Source: Takakia lepidozioides (lineage: Eukaryota > Plantae > Bryophyta). Taken from it: DNA of 64,000 nt. This document shows, piece by piece, positions 1-11,416 of this stretch (its first letter is position 1; every line of letters begins with the position of its first letter). The stretch lies in the NCBI GenBank assembly GCA_030704615.1, contig CM060733.1, positions 68,882,001-68,946,000 of the forward strand, in the 5' to 3' direction. Under the pieces are notes generated by a model, which saw nothing but the letters and a program-made list of their open reading frames with translations, had not been told where the DNA came from and searched no databases. The position numbers were made by a program, and so were the translations under genes.

Positions 1-482
1 CGCCGCCGGCACTTCGCTCCGGGAGCTGCGGTGCTATTTTCTGTTGATCGAAAGCGGTTGGAAATGGTCGGTACCTCCTGGAACGGCCACGCCGTCATAC
101 TTTTACGCGGCCATTTTGAGAGGCGTGATTGGCCGATTCATCCTCTCTCATTTCCTTTAGAAGTCTATTTGGAACTTACTTAATTTCATATTCATCAAGG
201 CAGTTTGTGTCATTTTGGGCCTTTTTCGGAATGGTTTCAAATTAGACCTTCCACATCTTTATCCTATATCGTTTGCACCTGGAGTTCGTCTTTCCTTATA
301 TATCCAAACAGGCTCATAGGTTTCATACTCGCGGGATGTGGTTGGGGCTCACAATGGGAGTGGTTGGGAATATTCTTTAGATCTGATGGGTTCCATGACG
401 TTTAAAGATTATCTCCAATCTTGCTACCATTGTGGACCATCCCCTCATCCCCTCGTTTTTGTTTATCTCTCAATTTTTCCGC

Positions 483-1268
483 TCAACAACCTGGCACTGT
501 TCGACGTCGAACAGTGCCGCGGCTCCGCCACTGGACCTTGATTTGTGAATTCAAGGATAGAAAAATTAGGTTCGGCGCAGGCTCGGCGCAAGTTCGGAGT
601 TGTGTTCGGCGAGGAATACTCCTCTGAATGCCGGATAATGCCGTGTTCGGCGGTATTTGCTCATGGAATCTTGGGTCTCTGCTCATGAAAAACTCAACCT
701 CCTCCAGATCATAGTAATACGGCCCAAAGTAGGGAAGGAAATCCACGGTAACATCATGTGGTGTATCCAGGACCATGACGTCCTCCATCACAAATAATTC
801 AAGATCCATGGTAGGGTCTGTCGCCCGTTTAACACAATACCAGTGACCCCAAAACTGGAAGGGCGTGCCCATGGGAATGGGAACTGGGTCAGACACAAGA
901 GGTTGTGGCCAGAACATGCTCTGGAATGGCCTTGTGAGCAATATCTTGGCGCCTCTGTGAGAAATAGTGGGATCCTCACGGCGTCGAAGTGGAGGAGGCA
1001 ACAAAATATCTCGGGCTCTCCTGGGAGTATGAGGTGCACGAAGTCGTCGTGGTCGAGGGAGCCCGACTAACCACTCGGAGTAAGAGGGCATGACCCCGCC
1101 CAACGGACTAGGTAGGGACAAAGATGCATCATCATCATCAGATGATGAGGACACCAGGGGGGGGGGGGGGGCTCTACGCCCAAAAACCTTAGAACGACAA
1201 TCAAACCCCGCGACCCTATACATCTCATCTATGTCATGTTGAGGGAAGAAAATGGTCACATCAGGCAC
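483..1268 (-). other. Open reading frame of unknown function (261 aa), possibly the last exon of a repeat-derived gene
   Basis: Long uninterrupted ORF with Pro-rich and acidic stretches; non-ATG start; a possible upstream donor site near 1490; no recognisable domain. Confidence 0.25.
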
Positions 1269-2610
1269 AGGTTGTGGCTCAAAACAAGCAAGAAGACGCA
1301 GTGAAATGCCTCCTGCGCAATGTGATTGTGAGCTTGGACATCAAGTCGCGGCTGCAATATGCATGATGCATCAATACTTACGTCATAATTTATATTGTAT
1401 CAATATAAGTAGTATAATATAAATCATACTAGTACAAATGTACTTATATATAGAATATTTAATGAGGGGAGGGGGTAGAAGAAGACTCACCCTTACCGGC
1501 TAGATGCGCACTTGAGGTGATCCTCAAAGTTTGGCGTCATCCACACCATCTGAAATCTGCCCCCGGACCCTTGTACGATGGTTTCCACCCCGTGGAGGTG
1601 CACCCACCGTCTTCTCCTCATGAATGGAAGGCAATGGTGGTACGAGTGCCGGCTCCAAATCCTCAAGGGTGAGAGGTCGATGACTTCCTACCATAATATC
1701 AACCTAGACAAATACCACTAAGACCGTTAGGAAAATCAAGTGAGGGCAAGGAAATAGAGGTTTGAAAAATAAAAAATAAAAATCTCAGTACATTTTAGAA
1801 CCAGTGTTGTGCCGGTATATCATATACCCGGGCCGTATACCCGCCGGGTATATCAGGGTATAACCATTTAACTATAACCCAACCCGGCGGTTTTACTTAC
1901 CCGCGATTAGAATATAAGCGGAGGGTACTTAGTACATAATTACCCTAATGTGTACCATTTCTATTGAACCGCAAACAAATATGCTAACAAAATGAATTAC
2001 ATGCTCCTTTTTTCTATTGGACCACACTAAATATCAGGAGCCAGATATTTCCTACGTGGACCTGTTTAAATGTGACACTTGTAATGTAGCCACTTTTCAA
2101 ACCCTGTCACCTCGTTATTCTCGCCACATGGGCACTGGGTAGAATTTACATGTGGCCCTTGTGGCAATTTTGGAAAAGTGAAAAAAAAAAAAACACTGAC
2201 CCGGACATACCTAATTATATGTTCCTCATTATTGACTTAGCGATTATTAGAGAGGAGAGCTCCTATTCTGTTAGTTACCAACGCAATTCCATCAGTGACG
2301 AAGGTCAACGAAGGTGAACAAAGAACATTTCAATCTGCCCAACGAACCTGCCCCGAAAAAAGTAAATTTAGGAGTTTGAAATTGAATATAAGATCACATT
2401 CCAAAAATCGAAAAGTACCTTATACAAGGACAGAAGAGCCACCTTCGTTCAACTTAGGTCCAACAAATATATATATTTTTCACCAGTATCCCTGGACATT
2501 TCCGTAGCATACGATAATCCAAGCTAGAGATTTAAATGGCTCAAAAACATGCAGAATTCTTCCACGTTCGTGTAGAATTCTTCAACGTTAGAAGTCCATA
2601 TCTCATGTTG

Positions 2611-2656
<46 letters not shown>

Positions 2657-3249
2657 CCGACATCCATTTATTTCGTTTTTACCTTTATGTTCTCCCGCTC
2701 AGCCTCCACCTTCGGCAGCCAAAGGTGGCGTGTCAGTACAATCCCGTGTCATTTTTCATTATTGTTTCTCACAAATCCAAGCATACAATTACAGGCACCC
2801 CGAGAAAAAATATTATATTGCCACGTGGCCGCCGTTTCCACATCCATGTCACACTGATGGCTGACTGATGGCTGATAGAATAGCAAATCCCCGATTATTG
2901 TTACAATTTTGCTAATTCTTGAGTACATTTCTCTTGGGTAGTCATGTTAATCTTGTGTGTCCCTGGGGTTCCAACAGTAAACTACACCTTCCGCAACTTC
3001 CCTCTGCTGATTGGGTTCTCTCCCCACTTTGTATGTTGGTGGATTTTCTGAATTGAAGCTCAAGTAGAGTAGTCATGGCAACTGACCACACTGACAACAG
3101 AGGCAACTCCTCGCCCATGCAGAAAATTATGGAGTAAAAGAGCATATATCACACAGGGTTTCAAAATTACAAATGTATGTGGTTATTGTTTTCCTAGAAG
3201 TTTATGATGGAGACTACCCATGTTGACAAAATTAACAGATCAAGGCTGA

Positions 3250-3762
3250 TCAAGTCTCAATAACCACACATTCATCGCTGTCGCCACTAGAAAGCTCAAT
3301 GCTCTCAGTTTTCACCACATCAGCACCACAGACGGAAGCCAGAGTAGGATGCTCACGAGTGGTCGACAGCCTGTCTGTCATAGCTCGGACACCTTTGTAT
3401 ACGACCTCACCTGCAAATGGCAGAACCCATGACTTGTTCTCGGCGTCTCGAACTGGATCCAAGATGCGGGTTTCGGTGACGCCCCCTTCACTGACGTCCT
3501 CCACCTCAACAACAAGAGAGAGAGGGTCCAGATTAAACCTTCCAAGTATTACTTTGTCAAGCAGGAACACCTGGTCTCCCTGTGCCTTCACCTTCACAAG
3601 ATCGGAGGACGGTGGACATTGCAGCCTCACAAACCGTTCCATGTTCGGTTGCTTCAAGCCTGTGTCGCTGTCCGGGACTCCGATGTACAAACTGGAGTAC
3701 TCTGCCGAGTCTACCCAGCGTGTGAGCACTGGGGCAGATGAGGAGCACATGACCTGTTGCAA
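3250..3762 (-). other. ORF of unknown function (170 aa) adjacent to a dispersed repeat
   Basis: Globular-looking composition with an acidic tail (ELSSGDSDECVVIET); no recognised motif. Confidence 0.2.
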
Positions 3763-3777
3763 GCATGCAACGTTGTT

Positions 3778-4015
3778 GTTAGAGGGCTGCTTGGGACTTA
3801 GACGCTTTTACGGGTTCTTTGGGGTACCCTTAATTTTTGCGCAGACTGAGACCAACAGGAGCCTTAGGGGTGGCAGCAACAGGCTTTATAGGGGGGGGGG
3901 GGGTGACATAGCCCGACACAGCTTTACACAGCCAGTCATAGCCAACACAGCTTCGCACAGCCCGACACAGCCTTACACAGCCAGTCACAGCTTGACACAG
4001 CCTGTCACAGTACAT
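3778..4015. repeat. Dispersed repeat with CACAGCC-type minisatellite, copy 1
   Basis: GGGTACCCTTAATTTTTGC(G/A)CAGACTGAGACCAACAGGAGCCTTAGGGGTG followed by ACACAGCC/GTCACAG repeats; the same sequence recurs at about 63660-63980. Confidence 0.8.
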
Positions 4016-5493
4016 ATGGAACAGTTATCATTGGCAGGGAACGACTGTGAGGGATGACGGTCAATTAGTTAGGTGGTTAGAACAGCTTGCGGGCAGATAA
4101 GGAGAGCGGCAACGGAAAGAATGACACTTCACGGGGGGGGGGGGGGGCTTCTTGGTCAGGGAGGAGAGGAGATCAGGCGGAGAGCAAGAACGAGAGCACG
4201 GAGTAGGAGGAGAGATGAACAGTAGATGCTTTAGCAGTTAATTATGACAGCCATGTGGTTGCTGAAGATAACGACAACCACAATGTGGGGAATGGTTTAG
4301 GGCAATTCCAATGGTACAAAAAGCGACCAAAATCCCCTTCCCCTGGGAGGAAACCAAGCAGCTTTGAAAGAAAGAATGAGAATCAAGTCAAGTCAAGTCA
4401 AGTTTCATTGTGGGCCATTGGTCCCCAATTTGTGCTCTATTTGGAGAGGCCTTGAACGGACTACCTACCATTCCTGCCTACAAAACACGTGACAGAATGG
4501 CTTCATTTAGATAGACAGGCCAATCAAAAAGAGCCCTGCAAGTAGATATGAAGTAGACCTAATTTACCTTGTGAACTCAATGGGATGTACCTTTTGTATG
4601 TGTTTGGCTGGTGTTGTTGAGTGCCATGAATCCAGTCACCTTGTCAACAACCATATTCCCCCTTCAACATTATGCTTTCCACGTCTCCCACTCTTGTTTC
4701 TTTGCCAGAGCGAGCCAATGCAATTCGCGCTCAGACCAGTTGGTCAATCTGGGTCTATTTCCAACTTGTTTCCCTTGCCTGTGCGATTCCACCTCTCTTG
4801 AGGCATCTCCTGCACTATCTGATGCTGTGGTGGACATGATGGGCAAGAGAGTTCAGGAGCACAAGAGGCAAGAATACTCGTGCAGTGGAAGATGAAGAGA
4901 TGGCGAAAGTAGCTGGCGAAAGCAGATGGCGCGGGGGCAGCTGCCCGAAAAACGTTGTTTTAGATTTAGCATTAGGGGGGTGCAGGTCACCTTAAATTCA
5001 TCCTAAACGAAGAAGGGAAAGATAGCACTAAAATGCTCAAGTAACCTAAGAGAGAAAGCCTTAGGCCAAAGGCAATGTAACTAAGGCCCCGGCCGGACCA
5101 GCCTGCTATCGCCTGCTACACTAGTGTTAACAACTGCTAGCCAGTGGTTTCCGGCCGCACTGCCCTGTTCCAAGTAGTGCTATCTATTTTAGTTTTGAAA
5201 TGATCTATCAGACTTGAGATGAACAGGGGAGCAGACCTTTGAGGTGTGGCTTTGCTTACTTGTTGCTGTACACTCTGATTTTCTGCCCTCAAAACATTGC
5301 ACCGCTCTCAAAAGTGCAACAATTGCCAAGGTTTTATGCCCATTTACAAGTACCTCAAGTGATCTACACGGCCTGAGTGTAGACATAAATGAAAATTTGA
5401 TGGAACCACAAGTTTAGACAAAATTGAACAATTGGTCATCTGAAAGTGAATAGATCTACTCTGAATTATGAAAAGTGATTTGAATAGCTGTGG

Positions 5494-8000
5494 CTAACTT
5501 CCGGGCATCCGAAGTGCCCCTTCAGGTGGAGTGGCAGGGGGACGTTCTGGTGGTGTTAACTTCTCCTCTTCCAGCTCATCCTCCTTCCCTTCCCCTTTCT
5601 TGCTCTCTTCCTCGCCTGTGTATTTGACAAAGGAATCGGGGTAGGAAGCCATGCAAGTTTGCATGGCCATGAAGGGCTTTATACAGTCTGATCCCTGCCA
5701 GCAATTATAGACAAAAGTTGAGCCAATTAATGCAGAAAGTGGCCTCAGCAGTCTATTATATGAGAAACCAGAATGTGGGGGGGACAGGTGTGTGTGCAGG
5801 GAGTTAGGTCCATGTGCCAGAGAGAGAGAGAGAGAGAGGAAGGGAGACAGAAATAGATAGTCCCGTGCACATTGGCCACGTGCAGCTCCTGGGGCTTGAG
5901 CTCCCCAGGGTATGAGGGTCAGATCCAAAGTGTCATTGTGGCAGAACAGTGCGCAATAATAGGGCAATAGAAATTGCGTGTTGCCTTAAAAGCTGTCACT
6001 CTACAAAGAACTATGTTGATACCTTGCAGTGATAGTGCAGCCCTCATAAGTTGGTGCACATGGCTCTGGTTGCACTGCTAGGAGCACTCACTGTGGAGAA
6101 CTCAGGGCACAGGGATTTACCTGTATGTAAGTGAGCAATGAGGGTTTGGTACAGGAAAGACAGCTTGTTAGCTTGCCTGCTCTTCAGCAGTACTTTTCAG
6201 GAAACAAAGAAAGGCTTCACGAAATTGTGACCCGCATGGTCCATTACGAAGCTCCACCACACAGTCACACTCCAAAGCTCTCTCTGCCTTACCCTCAAGT
6301 GATAGCTGCGCACAGAACCACAAGATATCACAATAACTGAACAACAGAACAGCCCATAGAACCTCAAAGTAGGCTATGTAGTTCACATGAATTAGCATGA
6401 GTACTGAATCATCTCAATAAACAGACAGTACTTACCTGGTAGTGGGTCTAATCAACACAACCACCCTAAACTGAGCTGCTCTCTTTGACCACTTTCATAC
6501 AAAATAAACTGATTGCAGAAACTACCTTTTTAAACAACGGACCTCTTTTGGAAAGTAAAATCTAACCTTTAAGCTTAGGCAATTTGACAGGACTCTTTGA
6601 TTGCACATCTGCTCAACTACTGCGGTGAATTGCTAGACTGAAACTGGTCCTGTAGATAAGGAGCAATGCCCAATTCCACCTGACCGTGCCTTTTGGGCTA
6701 TCCCCTGAATAACATCCACATTTTACATTTCCGCCTGCACCCATGATTACTGTGAGAAACAAGCATCGCCACCAGGGTCTCAGTGAGATCAGATGAGGAG
6801 GCTTGCTTGAGGCCAAAAGAGAAATATGGGAGACAAGACCTTGATGGAATTGAAGTGCCCAACATGCTATGCAGTGATTTAATTCGAACCCAAGTCGAAA
6901 ATTTCCCTGTAGCTATGACAAAAGCAGGCAGATGTGAACACATAATAAATAAGCAGCACTTACTTATTAGGAGAAGGCTAAGCTACGGACCTCTGTATCA
7001 TCGCCCTCTGCTGAAGCCACAGTTCCTGCAATCAATAAACCAAATTACTGCACTGAGTTGACTTACTCAATAGTCTAGCTGATTATCTTATTAACCCAAA
7101 AATCTAGGGTTTAGGGCTTATAGTGACACATCCATGCCCGTTTCCCGGTTCTTTGGTAACTTTGCAACTTACGAATTTGAACACCCACCTAAAATCAATT
7201 GACTGCCACAATATTCTTGACACTCTGCATCCAGCTAGCAGTTAATTTAACTGAAAAGACAGTTAATTGCTTAAATGTCACAGGTTCCTCAGTTGGGAAT
7301 GAAGGAATGCCCCTTCCAGATTGGGCAGCTGCAGAAGAATGCAGACGGAAAGATCCATTATATCTTACAATGCTTGTGACTTAACATAGGCGACCACTTT
7401 CTGAAAGTCAGATAAAGTGCAATTGGGGCAATCTTGCTCAATTAATGGCTTGGAGATTCCACGTGACTGGGTGGACCTGCAGTGTAAGTCTAGCAATGGC
7501 GGAGCCAGGCTCGTCGACCACTAGGTTTGCTAGCACCGGAAATTTGGCTGAGTAACCTAACGACTGCGCTGTATATGGAAGCTTTAGTGATAACAATAAG
7601 TGTGGAGGCATTGCACATTTAATCCCGCATCCCTCACTCTCAACGTATCTGAATTCCAACATTTTGACAGTAGTTACATTGAAGCTCCCAATCTTTCAGC
7701 ATTAAGACACTCTATAGTCGACCACTATTGTGATGGTAGCAGCATTAGTAATTGTGCAGAAATGTTCATTACTCGTCATAATCTTTCATGCGCTTCCAAC
7801 CGTAAGACTAACCTCGGATATTTATGAAGAATGATTCACGATACTGGGTTTCTAACATGACACAACCCACTGACCCTTCAAATCTGCAAAGCTTCCACCC
7901 TCTAGCTCAGGGTAAAACCTGCTGCAAAAATTTCCGACCGTGATTTCGACTCACTGCCATCATCATCCTCCTCACTCTCGTGTTCCGAGGGCCTGCCCAT
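5494..8000 (-). CDS. MIA40: Mitochondrial intermembrane space import and assembly protein 40 (CHCH twin CX9C oxidoreductase), spliced
   Basis: Exons 6305-6177 (LSLEGKAERALECDCVVELRNGPCGSQFREAFLCFLKSTAEEQ) and 5694-5494 (GSDCIKPFMAMQTCMASYPDSF...) join in frame across a GC-AG intron and closely match plant MIA40 (ALxCPC...CGSQFSEAFLCFLKSTAEEKGSDC). The first exon (ATG at 8000, MGRPSEHESEEDDDG...) is tentative and intermediate exon(s) are unresolved. Confidence 0.88.
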
Positions 8001-8072
8001 GGCCAAGCAGAAGCTATGACGGACGAAGAGGAGGAGGAGGGAGCGAGAGAGAACTGGAGCGACAGTGTCTTT

Positions 8073-8122
8073 TAGGGTTTAGATCCCAGGAGGCAAATAC
8101 CTATGGTAATAAGGTTGGGCCC
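8073..8122 (-). promoter_or_regulatory. Telo-box (AAACCCTA) and site II (TGGGCC) elements upstream of the putative MIA40 start
   Basis: TAGGGTTT at 8073-8080 and TGGGCCCA at 8116-8123; this pairing is typical of plant promoters of housekeeping and mitochondrial-protein genes. Confidence 0.45.
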
Positions 8123-9164
8123 ACTGCCACTTGCGGTTAGACGCCCCGGTTGTTAGTGATCAGTTAACTAACGGGTGTCATTAGGCAATCAGTAGTTAGG
8201 CCCCAGCCGCACGGGTGTTGCTAAAATATCCGTTGGACGTGGCCATATGAAATCTTGCCACATGTCCATATGAAATCTTGCCACATGTCCTCGAGTACTT
8301 AAATTGAAGGTGCTTAAGAAAATTTACGGGCTGCCCGACATTTAGAATGCTCTATGAAGGACAAAAAAATATCCACGGAAGGCTAACTAGTATGGTTTAC
8401 TCATTGGCGAAACCTAAACATTGAATTGCATAATTATCATTTGAAATTATTACTTTGACTCCCTCTCCAACCTACACAACTCCATTTTTCCAACCATTCT
8501 TCTGCCCGTCTGTAAGCATTATCCTTCTCTCGTTGATCACCATCGTCCCCCTTCAGGCTGCTACCTCGTCTCTCAGAAAATATAAAGATCTAATGGATTT
8601 GGAGGCCACATCCACCTGGGATTTCCCCTACAACCGCCCAGCTTCCTGACCATCGTCCAAACAACCTATCTCCAAAGACAAGGCGCCAGCTAATGCTCTT
8701 CCATTTGGTTCGTCAAGATATGGGTGCACTTCGAGTTCAACAGGTTCACAATCCATGGGATCTCCCATCAATACACCTCTTCGCCTCTCAAATCCATTGA
8801 CATGCCAGCCCAAGGGTTCTCCATTGATTTCAACCCATCTATTGTGGATATTTATCTCAGGCTTCAATCCTTTCCAACACGGATGCTACCTAGTTGTTCT
8901 CTGCTTACAAACACCAATGACTCCTCAAGAGACTCCCCCAGAGCCACCTGTATTTCCCCGATCCTTTACAACAAGAACACTCGGAGAATTTTGCTCGCCT
9001 CTAATGTAGAGAAGGCCTGGAGTCTATTTGGATTTCCACTCGAGATGTGGCTCAATTCATCTCCAACAAACCAATGGATGATTCCCCGCACCCTCATCAG
9101 GTCTATCATTTCATCTACAAGATAGCGATCTTGAAATTGTTGGGCTTCCGTTGCTGGACGAGAC

Positions 9165-9605
9165 ATGGTGCGGCAACATGACTGGACCTCAAGGTCCAGT
9201 CCGAATGTTCTTGTCCAATCGCCAGGAATCCTCTTCGTAGCCGGGTTCGTTTTCAATTCTTCGCCTGACAGGGCGAGTACGGACGTCCCCCTCCAAGTGT
9301 TGACCTCTACGGTGCAGAGGCGTCCCTTTGATCTTCTCTCGCAATGCCGTCGCTCTTTTACTAGATTCTTCGACCTCTTCGCTGTTCGTATCAACAATTT
9401 CCTCCCTATCCGGGCCAAAGCCCCATTGTTTCCCGCTCAGGAATTTGTAGTACCTGGCTTGCTGGATGATGGATCTTCGATGTCCTCCGTTGTGGCCGTC
9501 AGGAGGTCGACCAGATGTGCGGCAGAAGACGCTTGCCAGGAGGAGTGGACAGATTCAGCCATATTCGTGGTCGGCATGTCGGGGGAATCGATTGTTATAA
9601 TCTCT
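9165..9605 (-). pseudogene. Relic of an older, diverged member of the same MULE transposase family (exon 2 region)
   Basis: The minus strand translates, with frameshifts, to DMPTTNMAESVHSSWQASSAAHLVDLLTATTEDI..IIQQARYYKFLSGKQWGFGPDREE...TPLHRRGQHLEGDVRTRPVRRRIE...DSWRLDKNIRT, collinear with the transposase at 20391-19980. Confidence 0.88.
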
Positions 9606-10619
9606 ACTGTACAGATTCATTGTGATCCATATAAGATTTGATAGCCAGTGTTCTTTTTTCACATGGGCCTGCCCAGTCTGTTGTTGATGCCATAGATCAA
9701 TTGGATTACTGGCATAGAATCATCAAAGTCCATGACTGTTTTTCGCCCTTCAGGCTTCACATTATAACTTGTCACCTTGCTGTTCAGGTTTGTGTTCTCT
9801 GTCACATGAGCAATCTGATTGGTTGCTTGATACAGCCTGTGCCTACAATGAGGTGCCATAGCCAATAGCTGTCCAATGGTAATCTCAGAGTTGGACTGGC
9901 ATTACTTCAGCCAAAGTCCCTTCATTATCCTACACTTGTGAAGCCTCTTGCTTCACTTCCTCTTCACCTTCTTCATCTTTTCTTTCAGAGTCAGAAGAAT
10001 CTGCCATAGGGATATCAGTATCCTTCTGCATTTCCCTTATGGTATCAGCCACTTCCTTGTGCAGTGGGGGGCCAGTAGCAGGGAGTGCTCAGGGGCCAAC
10101 ACCTGGTGGGAGTTCCACCACTACAACAGCAGGTCCTCAAGGACTAGCACCAACAGGAGGATCAGCACCTGTCGGTGGGCAGGGTGTAGGGCCAGAGATG
10201 GCGGTACCTCCAACACGGGCAAAACCACCTTTTCCAATATATATGGTAACTTGGTAATTTCTGGTATTTTCTCCTGGTAAGTTTCTCTAGGCTATGTCCG
10301 TGACATCACCCCCTCCTCTAGTGCCGAGTTCCTCAAGGAGCGGTAAAATCTTGGACTTGCTTAGAGTTGGAGAAAATCCAAAATCCGACGAATGGTACTT
10401 ACCAAGTATTCGGCTCTTCGTTCTTGACTCAAATGATTTATAGGTCCCTGCAACCATCGATAGTGTCCAACACCTTGAACTTGGGACCACGCAGTGATTT
10501 GAGCATTCTGATTTTCGAAGCTGCATTCAAACATGATTTCGTTGCCTTCTGGGTCCGAAGCCTCAACCTCCAACAGAATTATCAGACTTCGAGTAGGCTC
10601 CACTTGCCGTCGTACGGGG

Positions 10620-11400
10620 TTCAGACGAGGACTCTGAAGATGAGTCAGTTAGGAAGAAGAGCAAGAGCTCAAGAGGAAGAGCAAGAAGAAGGAAAAGTTG
10701 AAGAGGGACAACTATGTAAAAAGACTGAAAGAAATCTTGAAAAAGTATGCCACAGAGGTTGCAACACATTGGAGGAAAGGTGTTTGGTGTGCAAAATGCC
10801 AGAATGAAGGCCATACCACGGCTGAATGCCACATGAAGGAGAAACACTGTACTATCTGTAAAATGGATAACCATTCTACTGAGAATTGTTATTACAACAA
10901 AAGGACAGCTGCGAGAGAACCTAGGCAAGTGAGGGTGCATCAAGTGCAACCCCAGCCAAGAAGAAACAATGATCAGGACCACTATGGTAGGTCTGGTGGA
11001 TATAACAATGGTATGGCAGGGAGAGGTAATCCAAGACGGAATTACCAAGGCAATCCCAGAGGCAACTATCCTGATGTACACATCAGCCAAGGGGGAATTA
11101 CTAGCCAGGGAATCAGGATTATAGAAATAATCCGAGAATAGACCAAGGGCGAGGACCTAATGGTGAAGAACTGTGTTACTATTGTAACCAGGCAGGACAT
11201 CAGCCTGTCCATTCTAGATAAGGCACCAGAAAGAGATGAGAGCTCCTGTGAATGAGGGCCCAGTAGTGGCAACTCACATGGTTAGGCCATGTTTCGTACC
11301 AGAAGTAAGTACAATGATAGTTACCAGAAGCAAAGCTAAACTAATACCTCTAGTGGATGAGGAGGAAGATGTTAATGAAGATGGCAGTGATGTGCCTGAA
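10620..11400 (+). mobile_element. LTR-retrotransposon gag remnant with CCHC zinc knuckles
   Basis: CAKCQNEGHTTAEC and CTICKMDNHSTENC knuckles, a third CYYCNQAGH at about 11171, an RG/N-rich linker and a VTRSKAK motif; frameshifted. Confidence 0.65.
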
Positions 11401-11416
11401 GATGATGAGGCTTGGA

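Noticed and set aside
1802-1930. hAT/MITE-like terminus CAGTGTTGTGCCGG with TATACCCG repeats
   Set aside because: No matching opposite end or TSD found by eye, so it is not reported as a feature.
2536-2868. ORF with a poly-Phe run
   Set aside because: Produced by a ~44-nt poly-T tract; not coding.
3299-4057. 252-aa plus-strand ORF
   Set aside because: Antisense to ORF 3250-3762 and runs into a minisatellite; Ser/Thr-rich shadow frame.
8600-9160. Possible LINE ORF1-like remnant
   Set aside because: Only vague similarity with no diagnostic motif; too degraded to support.
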